This document shows, piece by piece, positions 1 through 10,496 of a stretch of DNA of 64,000 nucleotides; the stretch's first letter is position 1, and each line of letters opens with the position of its first letter. A program made the position numbers and the translations under genes. Source of the DNA: Chloroflexota bacterium (GTDB taxonomy: Bacteria > Chloroflexota > UBA11872 > VXOZ01). The notes beneath the pieces were generated by a model. The model was not told the DNA's origin and did not search any database. It worked only from the letters and a program-made list of their open reading frames with translations. Where the stretch lies: NCBI GenBank assembly GCA_964291655.2, contig OZ219802.1, forward strand, positions 2,496,001-2,560,000, written 5' to 3'.

Positions 1-138
1 AAGGCTCTGCACGACGAGCAGAGACCCGGCAAAATGAGCCTCTTTGAAGATTAACCTGGTGATGTAAGCAATCTGCGCCGTGGTGTCCCTCAGGAGCACT
101 ACGGGCTCCCGCAGCCAGGACGGGTATGCGAGATTCAT
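1..138 (-). CDS. Partial CDS (N-terminus only, runs off the window edge), possibly an ABC transporter permease/ATPase
   Basis: ATG at 138 reads MNLAYPSWLREPVVLLRDTTAQIAYITRLIFKEAHFAGSLLVVQSL, open to the edge; product is a guess from 46 aa. Confidence 0.4.
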   Translation of the reverse strand, partial: MNLAYPSWLREPVVLLRDTTAQIAYITRLIFKEAHFAGSLLVVQSL

Positions 139-441
139 GATCGTTCCAGTGTGGGTTGCTTAGGTCTTTCAAATTGCAGGAATCGGCAGGCGGACTTACG
201 CTTCGAATCGCGCCATGTCTTTTCCGTTTGCCCTTAGCGCAGCAAACGCTCAAATGCGGATTGATTCTGGTGAATGTCAGTTCAGCCAGAAAGCTGTAGC
301 AAGCGCGAGCACCGCAAGGAAGAGAAAGAAGGGCAGTATTCACTCCATGGTGTAAAGAGGAGTGGCTGCGGCTGGGCAGTGGGAGACAGAGTGAATCGCC
401 CTACGTGTCGCAAGGCGAAATCGCTTGAAAGGGGGGTGGTA

Positions 442-1908
442 TTATCTCGGAACGATCATGTTTATAGCTACCGAGTGGGAGGCTACACCCTGCACATTCT
501 CGTCAGTTGCTAGCCTTAGTTCTCGTGTCTCTCCTGGATGGAGGTTTCTCACCACTCCGGTGGTCATGCCGAGCACGTTGCCGGTGGCATCGAAGAGTGC
601 GCCATCGAGGTCGAGGCTATATACACGCGCGCCGTTATTCGTGACCGACCCGTGGAGGACGTGGAGAATTCCTTCGCGCTCGTAATGCACACCGCTAAAG
701 CTGATATCGTGCTCGTAATTCTCGCGAACGGCCATCGTGCCGGAAAAGCCGAGTTCTACCGCTGCGGGATCTGCAGCGTATGGGTCAACGGATAAGAAAC
801 GAACCACGCGCATTGACCCTGGCAGCAGGGATGTGATACTGCCGGTGGCATGCGTTAAGTCGGCGCCTCTAGCATCGAGCAAGTGCACCTCGGCAGCGGT
901 GGAAATGGTCAAATCGGATTCATTGCGCAGTTGTACGTAGATACGGTAGTTGCCGTGGGGCGATGCTATGACAGATGGCGACCCTACGATGGACAACAGA
1001 TCGGCAAGTCCGCCAGTGGCAATTCGCACGATGTCAAGAGAATCCGATGTACCTGCCGGCGCTCGGCGTGAAGTTAGGTCTCCGGTAGGAGGTTTCAATG
1101 CGCCCAATACGGCGAGATTCACATCCAGCGGATACGTAGCCGCTGCCGGAATAAGGCCGGACTCTTTGGCAAGGTCCCCGCCGTGCACTACCGTAACGTC
1201 ACCGGGATTGGCTCCCCAGTCCGTGCTTACATTCCAGTACTGTAGCGCCACACGTTGCGCGCGCATGACGACCATCGACCCGAAGTCCTGAATGGCCAAA
1301 GGCAAGCCGTAGTGGAGCAGCCAGTGGGGATTGCTGAGAAACCGCTCCTTCAATGCGGCGCGCGCGGCGTTTAGCTGCGGCGTGTCGCCGGGCTGCGGCT
1401 CAAAGATGGTCGTAAGATGATTCTGTACCGTGCCTTCCCAGTCGTTGACGGGATCGTCTGCCGACCAATCGAAACTCCTGGGAATCTGACGAAAAGCTTC
1501 AAGCCAAGCATCATAACCGGCGTCAGAGAGCATATCGAATGTGTTCGCGATGTTTACGTTGCTCGACGCCGGGTCCCACTGCAGGAGGACATTGTGAGTC
1601 GCCTGGTACACAAAGCCATCCAGAATGAAGCGTCCGGATACCGGGTACCCCACTGTTGGCACGCCGCCGAGTTGTTGAAAGCTACTCCAAAAGTTGATGT
1701 CGCGGAAATCGATGATAGCGTAACCCTTGCCGGTGCCGCTGCCGGTCTGGGTATAGTACCAGCCGCCACCTATGGCATAGTCGGGCCCCTTGGGGGCGTG
1801 AGAATGGTCGGCTTCATCGCCGTGCGCCTGCACGGCACTAGCAGCAGAGAGCCACACGAGAAGTATCACTATGAGGCTACTAAGAAGACGTAGTTGTCGC
1901 ATTTCCAT
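442..1908 (-). CDS. Secreted protein with Chloroflexota-type GYP(V)S surface domain and C-terminal FxLYD-like Ig domains
   Basis: Signal peptide (AVQA-H); YYTQTG..FQQLGG...GYPVS.RF and YGLPL..QD.G..V.RAQR.ALQ repeats; two C-terminal LLDARG / LFDATGNVLG...L.PGE motifs. Confidence 0.7.
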   Translation of the reverse strand: MEMRQLRLLSSLIVILLVWLSAASAVQAHGDEADHSHAPKGPDYAIGGGWYYTQTGSGTGKGYAIIDFRDINFWSSFQQLGGVPTVGYPVSGRFILDGFVYQATHNVLLQWDPASSNVNIANTFDMLSDAGYDAWLEAFRQIPRSFDWSADDPVNDWEGTVQNHLTTIFEPQPGDTPQLNAARAALKERFLSNPHWLLHYGLPLAIQDFGSMVVMRAQRVALQYWNVSTDWGANPGDVTVVHGGDLAKESGLIPAAATYPLDVNLAVLGALKPPTGDLTSRRAPAGTSDSLDIVRIATGGLADLLSIVGSPSVIASPHGNYRIYVQLRNESDLTISTAAEVHLLDARGADLTHATGSITSLLPGSMRVVRFLSVDPYAADPAAVELGFSGTMAVRENYEHDISFSGVHYEREGILHVLHGSVTNNGARVYSLDLDGALFDATGNVLGMTTGVVRNLHPGETRELRLATDENVQGVASHSVAINMIVPR

Positions 1909-2080
1909 TACTCTTCATTTGGTACATTAGAACTATCAGCAGGTGTAGACGCTACCCATACTAGCCGAAGCAATGCGTCGCGGCAAGAGAGTGTGCTACG
2001 CTCAGTGCTGGGGGAGCAGTGTACGGTATGCGCCGGCCTGGCGCGACAGCGTACCGTGAACAACTAGCGTAGGAGAGATC

Positions 2081-2797
2081 ATGAGTCGCGTACCGCGAGC
2101 GTGGATGAAACCGCTCGACGACGACTACAAGGCAAAGCCGCTGCCGGAACGCAAGCGGCGGCCTTGGAGCGAGACGACAATCGGTCGTGCCGCGATGGTG
2201 CCTATTCGCCGTCTCGACCCCTACGTACGCTGGATCGAGCTCATCGAGCGTATGCTGCATGGGGTGATGTTGAACACTGATGTGTTCAAAGAAGTGCACG
2301 AGGATGAATCGGCAAATCTGCAAGCGTTGTCGGTGGTCTTGATCGTTGTCGTGGCGCAGAACATCAGCTTATTCCTCATAGGGTTGTTCTGGTTCGGATT
2401 CTTCGGTTCTATCAGTTTCGTCGCCAGGGCCATGAGCGACGCGATGATATCATGGTTAATCTGGTTGATCGTGGCCTACGCGCTCTGCAAGGTCCTCTTC
2501 CGCAGCCGTGCAGGCTTCATGCAGGTCTTCAGAACCCTCGCCTTTGCCTACGTGCCTGCCATATTCTTATTCTTCCAAGTAATCCCACTCTACGGAGTCA
2601 CCCTTGCCGCACTTACCTACCTTGCGCTGATCGAGTATGGCGTATTGGCGCTGCGCCCGGCATTGAACGGTTCGATTGCTAAGGCGCTGCTTGCCAGCTT
2701 CGTGGGGTGGACGGGCTTGCTCGTGGTGAGCCTGATTCTCAGCGAAAGCCAGCTCTTCACCTTGATCCAAGAGTGGATCGCGGAACAATGGCTGTGA
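2081..2797 (+). CDS. Yip1-family integral membrane protein
   Basis: ~5 TM helices; F..V.EDE....QAL.VV and F.QVFRTLAFAY.P motifs; RBS AGGAG. Confidence 0.7.
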   Translation: MSRVPRAWMKPLDDDYKAKPLPERKRRPWSETTIGRAAMVPIRRLDPYVRWIELIERMLHGVMLNTDVFKEVHEDESANLQALSVVLIVVVAQNISLFLIGLFWFGFFGSISFVARAMSDAMISWLIWLIVAYALCKVLFRSRAGFMQVFRTLAFAYVPAIFLFFQVIPLYGVTLAALTYLALIEYGVLALRPALNGSIAKALLASFVGWTGLLVVSLILSESQLFTLIQEWIAEQWL

Positions 2798-2847
2798 GCG
2801 GAGACTATGCTCATCGCAAAGTCTATGCTCATAGCTCTTAGCAAAGT

Positions 2848-4008
2848 CTAGGCTGGATGAGGGCGTGTGAACGCGATCTCCGGTGAAAGTTCCACTCCCC
2901 ATCCCGGCGCATCACCAATCTGCACCTCACCGTCTTCAGGCAAGGGCTCGCCGGTTAAGAAAGGATGAATAGGCGCAATCTCCGTACCGTCGCCGCTGCC
3001 GAAGATGAACTCGGCCATGGGACACACCCCGTGCGCTGCGACGAAGTTGTAGCTCATTACGCCGCCGATGTGAGGAATGACCTGCAGGCCGTGGGTTTCG
3101 GCCATGGCCGCCACACGGCGGGCAACGGAAATGCCGCCGCACCAGGCGAGATCGGGCTGCAAGACGTCGGCGCAGCCCTGCTTGATGAGATCATGGAAGC
3201 CAAAATGGGTGTATTCATGCTCGCCGCAGGCAATATGCAGCCAGGGTAGACGCTTGCGGAGCGTGGCATAACCGTCATAGTCGTCGGGAAAGAAGGGCTC
3301 CTCCAGCCAGTAAATGTCGAACTGGCGCAGGCGCTCGGCCATGGCGATGGCATACGGCACGTCCCAGCCCATCCAGGCATCAACCATAAGAAGCCGATCC
3401 GGCCCTAGCGAGTCGCGGGTTTCAGCCACTTGCAATTCATTGCGGCGCATGCCCTCGGGGCCGTCATGCGGCCCATAGCGCATGAAGACTTTATTGCGGG
3501 TGAAACCCAAAGACGGGTAGGCCTCGGAGCGGTTGCCGCTGGCGTAGAGGGACACGCGAGGCGGCTGTTGCCCTGATCCTTGCGTTTTGCCACCAAGTAG
3601 CACATAGACCGGCACAGCGGCGGCCCTGCCTCTTATGTCCCAGAGGGCGTTGTCTATTGCGCTGATCGCCATGATGGGCAGACCCTTGCGCCCATAGGGG
3701 AGCGTGGCGCGGTACATGAGGTCCCACAGCAACTCGGTGTCGCGGGGGTCTCGGTTGAGGAGCAGGGGCTTGAGATGGTGTTCGATGATATGGCAACTGG
3801 GCGCGCCGCCGCCGCCCACGCCGATGCCCGCGATGCCTTGATCGGTGGTGACCCGGGCGATGGTGCGCGGCACCATGCCCTGCCACGAACTGCGCGTCTC
3901 GGCGTATTCGGGGTAGCCAGACATCGGACTGGCCATACGCTCCGCCACGAGCCAGCTACGCCGCTTGGGTGTCTCAGGGATGAGGGCTTCGACGTCGATG
4001 ATCTTCAT
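2848..4008 (-). CDS. rhmD: L-rhamnonate dehydratase-like enolase-superfamily enzyme (paralog 2)
   Basis: PMSGYPEY..TR.SW, YGRKGLPIMAISAIDNALWD, metal ligands DAWM/WLEE/GEHE, QPD and IPH. Confidence 0.75.
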   Translation of the reverse strand: MKIIDVEALIPETPKRRSWLVAERMASPMSGYPEYAETRSSWQGMVPRTIARVTTDQGIAGIGVGGGGAPSCHIIEHHLKPLLLNRDPRDTELLWDLMYRATLPYGRKGLPIMAISAIDNALWDIRGRAAAVPVYVLLGGKTQGSGQQPPRVSLYASGNRSEAYPSLGFTRNKVFMRYGPHDGPEGMRRNELQVAETRDSLGPDRLLMVDAWMGWDVPYAIAMAERLRQFDIYWLEEPFFPDDYDGYATLRKRLPWLHIACGEHEYTHFGFHDLIKQGCADVLQPDLAWCGGISVARRVAAMAETHGLQVIPHIGGVMSYNFVAAHGVCPMAEFIFGSGDGTEIAPIHPFLTGEPLPEDGEVQIGDAPGWGVELSPEIAFTRPHPA

Positions 4009-4136
4009 GGCAAGCGCGGCAATCTCATTTCTTCGTGACTTTCACAAACTATCAGCGAAATGCTGATTGGGACCTATTTTAACTGAAGCACAGAAGAACT
4101 TACCCGTGACGGCGTTTGTTCCAATGGTACCAAGAA

Positions 4137-4160
4137 GCGGGAGACAAGCCCCCGCGCTAC
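4137..4160 (-). repeat. REP family A (GTAGCGCGGGGGCTTGTCCCCCGC)
   Basis: GTAG tetranucleotide plus hairpin; further copies at 5984-6007, 6025-6048, 15867-15890, 25312-25335, 25359-25382, 51381-51404, 51459-51482. Confidence 0.85.
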
Positions 4161-4169
4161 GATTTGTCC

Positions 4170-4196
4170 GTCACTCCGGCGTTCGCCGGAATCCAG
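4170..4196 (+). repeat. REP family F (GTCATTCC-N-GGAATCCA hairpin)
   Basis: GTCACTCCGGCGTTCGCCGGAATCCAG; reverse copies at ~18982-19010, ~45251-45278, ~47926-47953. Confidence 0.8.
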
Positions 4197-4353
4197 GGGA
4201 TGTCAGCTTGCCGCGCAACCCGAATGTCCTCCATTTCGCCTTTGCTGGAAAGAAGGAGAACGGCATCCCAAAAATACCGGACTTCCGTCCTCAGTTCCAG
4301 TTCCGTTGGTCTGTCTCACCCTGCGGTAACAGCCGCCCCGGTGCTCCTGGAGA

Positions 4354-5553
4354 CTACTCTCCTGTGCCGAGACCCGCCGATCCGGCCGCGGCATCCTCTT
4401 TACTCTCGGACGTGGGGTGCGGGCGTTCCAGTGTAACCTCCGGCGCAATCCCATAGCCCCAGCCGGGCGCTTCCGGCGGGCGCACCCGGCCGTTCTCCGG
4501 CAGCGGCTCGCCGCTGAAGAAGGGCTGTACCGGCACGAGTTCGCTGCCGTCGCCTGCGCGGAAGATGAACTCTACGAGAGGCGCATTGCCGTGGGCAATA
4601 CAAAAGTGATAGCTGGCAGTAGCGCCGACGTGGGGAATGACGTCGATCCCGTGAGGTTCAGCCATCTGCGCGGCGCGATGGGCCTCGGTAATCCCGCCGC
4701 ACCAGGCGAGATCTGGCTGCAGGATGTCGGCACAGCCCCGCTGGATGAGCTCGTGAAAGCCAAAGCGCGTGTACTCGTGCTCGCCGGTGGTGATGCGCGT
4801 CCAGGTAATGCGACGCCGGATTTCGGCGTAGCCGTCATAGTCGTCGGGCGGCAGGGCTTCCTCGATCCAGTAGACGTCGTACGGGCGCAGGCGCTCGGCC
4901 ATGCGCAGCGTGTAAGTGACGTCCCAGGCCATGTAGCAATCCAGCATCAGCAGCATGTCAGGACCCAGCGCCTCCCGGGCGTCGGCCACGTGCTTCTCGT
5001 TCAGCTTCATTCCCTCAACGCCGTCCCACGGGCCGTAGGGCATGGCGACTTTATTGCCTACAAAGCCCAGCGACTTATACACGGCGGACTGATTGCCGGT
5101 GGCGTAGACCGGTATGGCAGGCTTGGTGGCGCCGCCCAGGAGCTTGTAGACCGGCTGGTCGGCGGCCTTGCCCTTGATGTCCCATAACGCGTTATCAATG
5201 CCGCTGATGGCCATGAGCGGCAACCCCTTGCGCCCATATGGAAGCGAAGCGCGAAACATCTGGTCCCAGAGGCGTTCGGTATCACGGGGGTCTTGGCCGA
5301 CGAGCAAGCGCTTGAGGTGTTGCTCCACGATAAAGCACGCCGGGTTGCCGCCGCCACCAAGTCCGAGGCCCTCTAGTCCCTCATCCGTTCTGATGCGCAC
5401 GATGATTGGCCCCAAAGGGCCTTGCCACAGCGCTCGCCGTTCGCCATATTCCGCATAGCGCGACATGGGATTGGCCACCCGAATGTGCGAGAGCCAACTC
5501 GGCGGCTCCGGCGGCAGGTGGGGAATGAAGGCCTCTACGTCTGTGATTTTCAC
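4354..5553 (-). CDS. rhmD: L-rhamnonate dehydratase-like enolase-superfamily enzyme (paralog 1)
   Basis: ANPMSRYAEY, YGRKGLPLMAISGIDNALWD, YATG, DCYM/WIEE/GEHE, QPD, IPH. Confidence 0.8.
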   Translation of the reverse strand: MKITDVEAFIPHLPPEPPSWLSHIRVANPMSRYAEYGERRALWQGPLGPIIVRIRTDEGLEGLGLGGGGNPACFIVEQHLKRLLVGQDPRDTERLWDQMFRASLPYGRKGLPLMAISGIDNALWDIKGKAADQPVYKLLGGATKPAIPVYATGNQSAVYKSLGFVGNKVAMPYGPWDGVEGMKLNEKHVADAREALGPDMLLMLDCYMAWDVTYTLRMAERLRPYDVYWIEEALPPDDYDGYAEIRRRITWTRITTGEHEYTRFGFHELIQRGCADILQPDLAWCGGITEAHRAAQMAEPHGIDVIPHVGATASYHFCIAHGNAPLVEFIFRAGDGSELVPVQPFFSGEPLPENGRVRPPEAPGWGYGIAPEVTLERPHPTSESKEDAAAGSAGLGTGE

Positions 5554-6092
5554 GTGTCCGGTCCTCTATTGGTGGTGTGTGACAAACCTGGATGGTATGG
5601 CAGAATCAAGCGAGCGGGGACACTCTCGGCAATTTGGCCAATTGCATGTCATTCTCCCCTTAAGTAGATTCTTGCCAAACACACTTTGAAGGCGATGAGC
5701 GCCCTTTCCTCGCATGGGAAGGCTTGGGTGAGAGCTCATCGCTGCCAACCTACCCTAACCGTTCCGAAGAGGCGGTATTCTGCAGGGAATCCATATTGTT
5801 CCGTCCTATGATAACCGGCAGGACTTGCGCGTGTCAGTGCCGGGGATGTGCCCTGGCCCTTCCGCATCCCGCACAACGGCCGTCCAATGCCCATAGGCGC
5901 TCAATCCACGTAGAATCTACGGTGAGCGCGAGTGAAGCGCCTTGAGTCGACCACCGGATGCGAAGCTGTTCGCATACATGGGAGCGAGGGAGAAGCCCCT
6001 GCGCTACACCCGAGCACAAGGGGAGCGGGGGACGAGCCCCCGCGCTACGTCAGAGCAGACTGACGGTTCGATACGGCAAAGGAGAATCGTAG

Positions 6093-6851
6093 TTGGGTTC
6101 CGAACAACCACGTCGGCATCCTGAAGAGTCGGACGAGCGCAGTCACGTGGGCGTAAAGCCCGGAGTGATCGTGCTCTACCTCGTGGCGCTGGTGGTGACA
6201 GCGGCGCTGCTCGTGTGGTTTCTTTATCTCGATCAGCGGCCGTGGTACGGCAACTGGCCGGCGGTCATCCTGTCAGTTATCTTCTTCTCACTCTTTGTCG
6301 TGGGGTTTCTCGTGGCACTGCCGCGCCGCGACTGGCGGCAGGCAGCGCTGGGGCCTGCGTTTCTCATCGCGCTCTTTAACGAGATGTTCGGCATTCCCTT
6401 TACCATCTACTTGCTGAGCAGCGTCTTTGGCTTCTCTATCGGGTTGGACGGCAGCGAAGGGCACCTCTGGGCCGTGGCCCTGGACCGGCTGGGCTGGGTA
6501 CGGTTGAGTGTGGGTGTGCCCATGCTGAAATGGGGCGGCAGTGCCGTCGTCTTGACCGGGCTCGTTCTCATGGGTTGGGGCTGGTGGCGCGTGTACCGCG
6601 CTCGCGGCGCCCTGGTGACCGTTGGCCTGTACCGCCACGTACGCCACCCGCAATACGTGGGGTTTGTGCTGGTCATGGCCGGCTTTCTCATCCAATGGCC
6701 GACGCTCATCACGCTGCTGATGTTCCCGGTCTTGCTGGCAGCCTACGTCCGTCTGGCAGCCGCGGAGGATCGCTATCTCGAACAAACGCACGGTGATGCG
6801 TTCCGTGCGTACAAGGAAACCGTACCCGGCTGGCTGCCGCTCAAAAAGTGA
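6093..6851 (+). CDS. Isoprenylcysteine carboxyl methyltransferase (ICMT/PEMT) family membrane protein
   Basis: LVTVGLYRHVRHPQYVG, QWPT, LAAAED..L...G..F..Y...VP motifs; RBS GGAG. Confidence 0.85.
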   Translation: MGSEQPRRHPEESDERSHVGVKPGVIVLYLVALVVTAALLVWFLYLDQRPWYGNWPAVILSVIFFSLFVVGFLVALPRRDWRQAALGPAFLIALFNEMFGIPFTIYLLSSVFGFSIGLDGSEGHLWAVALDRLGWVRLSVGVPMLKWGGSAVVLTGLVLMGWGWWRVYRARGALVTVGLYRHVRHPQYVGFVLVMAGFLIQWPTLITLLMFPVLLAAYVRLAAAEDRYLEQTHGDAFRAYKETVPGWLPLKK

Positions 6852-7066
6852 ACGCAAAGACGCATCAAGCCGATGTCGCGTGCCAGCACAGGCTTGTTGA
6901 AGGGTCGAAGCGTGAGCAGGTAAAGTGATCCGACGGCGACACGCTTGCGGGGGAAACGCTACTAATGAGTCCGATTGCAAGACAATTACGGAAGCCCTTG
7001 CCGGGCTAGAATGAGAGTAGGCTGTCAGGGATTACGGTATGAAACCTTAGTGACAGGGAAGACACC

Positions 7067-7612
7067 TTGCGTATGATGAATCGCGCCTTAGCAATCCTCG
7101 TGATACTGCTCTTAACTATCGCTGCGCTCGGCTGCGGAGACCCCACGGCAGAGCTGTTGGAAGGCATGGCCACGGGCGTTGCGTCAGATGAAGAAATGCC
7201 TCTTGAATATGAGGCGGAGCTTTGCCACAATGCGGCGCGCATCCGTGTGCTGGTCGCCGATACGCCGTCAGAGCGGGCGGCGGGGCTAAGTGGCTACGCT
7301 GGACTGCCGGAGGATTCGGGCATGCTATTCGTTCTTGCGGAACCCCAACAGCCGTCGTTCTGGATGAAGGGCATGCTGTTTGCTCTAGACATAATCTGGA
7401 TACGCGACGGTACCGTGGTGCAGATACATGCCGCAGTCCCGCCCGCACCAAAGGACACACCTGACGACCAACTGCCGCGCTACCGTCCCGACGAGCCAAT
7501 CACCCACGTGCTGGAACTCACCGCTGGCTCGGCGGCGCGCTATGGGATATCCGTCGGCGACCACATAGCGCTCTGTTCGGACGAAACTCCTACTGCCGGC
7601 AACGGCGGCTGA
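7067..7612 (+). CDS. DUF192 family lipoprotein
   Basis: Lipobox AALGC; VADTP.ERA.GL, GMLF, FWMKGMLFALDIIWI, VLELTAG motifs. Confidence 0.85.
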   Translation: MRMMNRALAILVILLLTIAALGCGDPTAELLEGMATGVASDEEMPLEYEAELCHNAARIRVLVADTPSERAAGLSGYAGLPEDSGMLFVLAEPQQPSFWMKGMLFALDIIWIRDGTVVQIHAAVPPAPKDTPDDQLPRYRPDEPITHVLELTAGSAARYGISVGDHIALCSDETPTAGNGG

Positions 7613-7865
7613 AGAGGCGGGTTCCGGGTAAGGCGCAATTTCGGCTGCATCGCAGGTCGATCTACCGTCAGGTCCAACTCCTAGCAGGTCAGCCGCAGGT
7701 TGCAAACCTGCGCTACCGGATGCTGCGATGAACAGAGATTTGTCAGGAGTCTTCATTCAGGCATCGGATCAGCAGAGCTTGAGTACATGTTGCCGGGTTG
7801 GGCAAGACAATTCGCAATGCGGGTGGTCATTCTCGGCGGTCTGCGGCAAATGGCGCGTTCTGTGT

Positions 7866-8429
7866 CTATTCTGGGGAAAGCGCATCTTTGGAGAGCACGT
7901 CATCAGCTCCGGCCTGGTGGTTGGCGAGGCGGGCGAGGGTGAAGAGCAGGTCGGAGAGGCGGTTGAGGTAGATGAGGATGGGTGTGGAGAGTTCTTCCTC
8001 TTGGGCGAGGGCCACAGCGATCCGTTCGGCGCGGCGGCAGACGGCGCGGGCAAAATGAAGCGCGGCGGCTGCGGGCGTGCCGCCCGGGAGCACGAAGTCA
8101 GTCAAGGAAGGGAGTTGCGCGTCCACTTCATCGATGGCTGTTTCTAAGGCTTTCCCATGTGCCGGTGTGATGCGGGGGATGGTGTAGGCCCGTGGCTCCT
8201 GCGGCGTAGCGACGTCCGCGCCCATGATGAAGAGCTCGCTCTGGATGCGCTGGAGCAGGCCGGAAAACTCGGCCTGTGCACTCGGCAGGTGTACTATCGC
8301 CATTCCCAGCACAGCGCTGAGTTCATCGATGGTGCCGATGAGTTCCATGCGCAGGGCGTGCTTTTGTACACGCTCGCCGCCAAAGAGGGACGTGGTGCCG
8401 TCGTCACCGCCGCCGGTGTAGATTGGCAT
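7866..8429 (-). CDS. pduO: Cob(I)alamin adenosyltransferase, PduO-type
   Basis: IYT.GGD.GTT.L, GTIDEL, FVLPGG, ARAVCRRAER, YLNRLSDLLF. Confidence 0.9.
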   Translation of the reverse strand: MPIYTGGGDDGTTSLFGGERVQKHALRMELIGTIDELSAVLGMAIVHLPSAQAEFSGLLQRIQSELFIMGADVATPQEPRAYTIPRITPAHGKALETAIDEVDAQLPSLTDFVLPGGTPAAAALHFARAVCRRAERIAVALAQEEELSTPILIYLNRLSDLLFTLARLANHQAGADDVLSKDALSPE

Positions 8430-8507
8430 TGAACTGCCGGCCTCCTGAGCCGGTCCCCGCTAACGCGCCTAGGCCAGATGGTGATTCCACCTGGTTCGCG
8501 CAACTTC

Positions 8508-8845
8508 CCGTTCGTGCTGAGCTTGCCTGTCCTGAGCCTGCCGAAGGGTCGAAGTACTGACAGCGAGACGCGTCGGCACGTCAAGATTTGCTTCTGGCAT
8601 CACATCACCCCGCCAGTCGTGAATGGGACTAGCGTGCTCTGTAAGAGCGCTTTCTTACCAGCGGTGGCCCTTCGATCGGTGGCCCTTCGACAGGCTCAGG
8701 GCGAACGGCTATGGGTTGTGCCACTTGCCCTTCGACAGGCCTGTACTAAGCTTGCCGAAGTGCTGAGGGCGAACGGTTGTGGGTTGTGCCATTTGCCCTG
8801 CGACAGGCCTGTACTGAGCTTGCCGAAGTGCTCAGGGCCAACGGC
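8508..8845. repeat. Cluster of REP family B (CTTCGACARGCTCAG..CGAACGG) with nested 23-bp insertions
   Basis: Empty copy at 8685-8708; 23-bp inserts at 8525-8547, 8739-8761, 8807-8829; tandem periods 45 and 68 bp. Confidence 0.85.
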
Positions 8846-8948
8846 TATGAGCTATTGCAGACAGAGAGCCTCATTGGGCGGATAGGTTTACGCTGCTCCT
8901 GCCATTCAGTTGTTCATGCAAGAGTTTATTGCCCCAACCGATTAGTCG

Positions 8949-9866
8949 TTATTCCGTCGCGGCTGCACGCAGCATGTCGCGCATGCGATGCACCAGGGCG
9001 AGTCCCTCGTCCCACGGCCGTTGAAAGCAGTTGCGGCCGAAAATGAAGCCGGTAGCACCGGACTGCACGGCGAGGCGGGCCTTTGCCAAGGCTTCCTCAT
9101 CACTGGCGCGCGAACTGCCTGAGATCAGCACCAGCGTCTTTCCCGCCGACTGCACCGCCTTGGCCAACGCCTCGTCGGGCGTGACTTCCATCGTGTTGTA
9201 GGGAGCAGGTGAGAGTTTGTCCCTTTCAAGATCTATCTTGGGAATGTTGATCTTCACCACGTCGGCGCCAAGTTCGCACGCCACGCGCGCCGCGTAATCG
9301 ATGGCGTAGAAGCTGTCGCGGCCGCCTTTGGCCTCCATGTGCTGGCCGCGGGGATACGCCCACATGATGGTCGGCATGCCGAAGCGGTCGGCGTCTTGCC
9401 GCACCTGCCGCCACTGGGCGAAGTCTTCATCCTGGCGCGACGAGCCCATGTAAAGGGTGTAGCCAATGGCGTCGGCGCCGATGCGCACGGCATCTTCGAC
9501 CGTGGCATTGAGCGGATTGAGCGGGTCGTCGTCGGGCGGAATGTTAGTCTTGCCGTTGAGTTTCACCACCAGCGGCACCCGACCGGCATATGGACGCATG
9601 TACTTCAATGCGTTGCCGTACTGCAAGGCCACGCCCGAGAACCCGCCTTCCACCGCCAGCCGCCAGATGTAGTCGGGATCGAGCGCATCCGGATTGTCAA
9701 AGAAGTCGACCGGCCCGTGCTCCATGCCGTGGTCTACCGGCAGGAGCATCATGGTGCCGTTGCCGGGACCGTAGCCGTAGAGCAGGCGCTGCAAGCGCAC
9801 GTACTTTCCAGGACTTAGCTCTAGGTCGTCCAGCGTGACCCGCTGCTTTGTCATTTTATTTGCCAA
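8949..9866 (-). CDS. fbaB: Class I fructose-bisphosphate aldolase (DhnA/FbaB type)
   Basis: LPVDHGMEHGP, KLNGKT, GYTLY.GS, MWAYPRG, ELGADVVK, FIFGRN. Confidence 0.85.
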   Translation of the reverse strand: MANKMTKQRVTLDDLELSPGKYVRLQRLLYGYGPGNGTMMLLPVDHGMEHGPVDFFDNPDALDPDYIWRLAVEGGFSGVALQYGNALKYMRPYAGRVPLVVKLNGKTNIPPDDDPLNPLNATVEDAVRIGADAIGYTLYMGSSRQDEDFAQWRQVRQDADRFGMPTIMWAYPRGQHMEAKGGRDSFYAIDYAARVACELGADVVKINIPKIDLERDKLSPAPYNTMEVTPDEALAKAVQSAGKTLVLISGSSRASDEEALAKARLAVQSGATGFIFGRNCFQRPWDEGLALVHRMRDMLRAAATE

Positions 9867-10076
9867 GACAGCCCCCCTTTAAGTTTTCGCCGTGAAGGCT
9901 CTGTAAGTTTACCAATTGCCCAACTCACCGAATATGAGTCTTTCCTCACCATCGTTATGCGACCCTTGGAAATTGTACCGCTTATGCTGGAAATTGCGAG
10001 GCATTACTGCTGTACGTTCCGGCTGGACTTTCCCATTAGAGCCCATGCGCAGCGCCAAGCGGGACTCGGAGTGAAG

Positions 10077-10496
10077 CTATGCGCCCGGAAGCGGCAGGTG
10101 TTTCAAGCGATGATACCTCAAAGCGAGTGAGACACAGTGCTTCAATGCATCCACCGGTAGCTCGTCGGTTTTGCGAAATACGATAGCCCTGTTCCCCTCG
10201 AACGTAAAGAGGTCGCTGTAGAGTGCATTAAACGTATCATCCAACGATGTGTTGCAGTTGAAGTACAGCGCGTACTGGTGTGGCGACTTCTGCTTCCAGT
10301 CCATTCTAATTGTGCTGCCGCCTGTGGTGAGGTAGCTCGGCTCGCCCCACTTTAGGGATTCTTCCACGGCAGCAACGCCCTCTGTTTCTGCTGCCGCTGC
10401 AAAGACGATCTGCCTAAGCCGCAGCATTTTCTTGCGCATAGACTCCGGGTAACGGTCGAATACTCGCGCTACATTGGGATCTTCGATTCTGTCCAT
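10077..10496 (-). CDS. DUF1801 family protein
   Basis: EESLKWGEPSY, GSTIRMDWK, YFNCNT, FEGNRAI; start uncertain (ORF extends to 10574). Confidence 0.8.
   Translation of the reverse strand: MDRIEDPNVARVFDRYPESMRKKMLRLRQIVFAAAAETEGVAAVEESLKWGEPSYLTTGGSTIRMDWKQKSPHQYALYFNCNTSLDDTFNALYSDLFTFEGNRAIVFRKTDELPVDALKHCVSLALRYHRLKHLPLPGA

Noticed and set aside
8430-8500. Cobalamin riboswitch before pduO
   Set aside because: No B12-box or core motifs; the leader is occupied by REPs
8478-9046. ORFs with ALRQAQGER / LSLPK peptides
   Set aside because: Translations of REP family B
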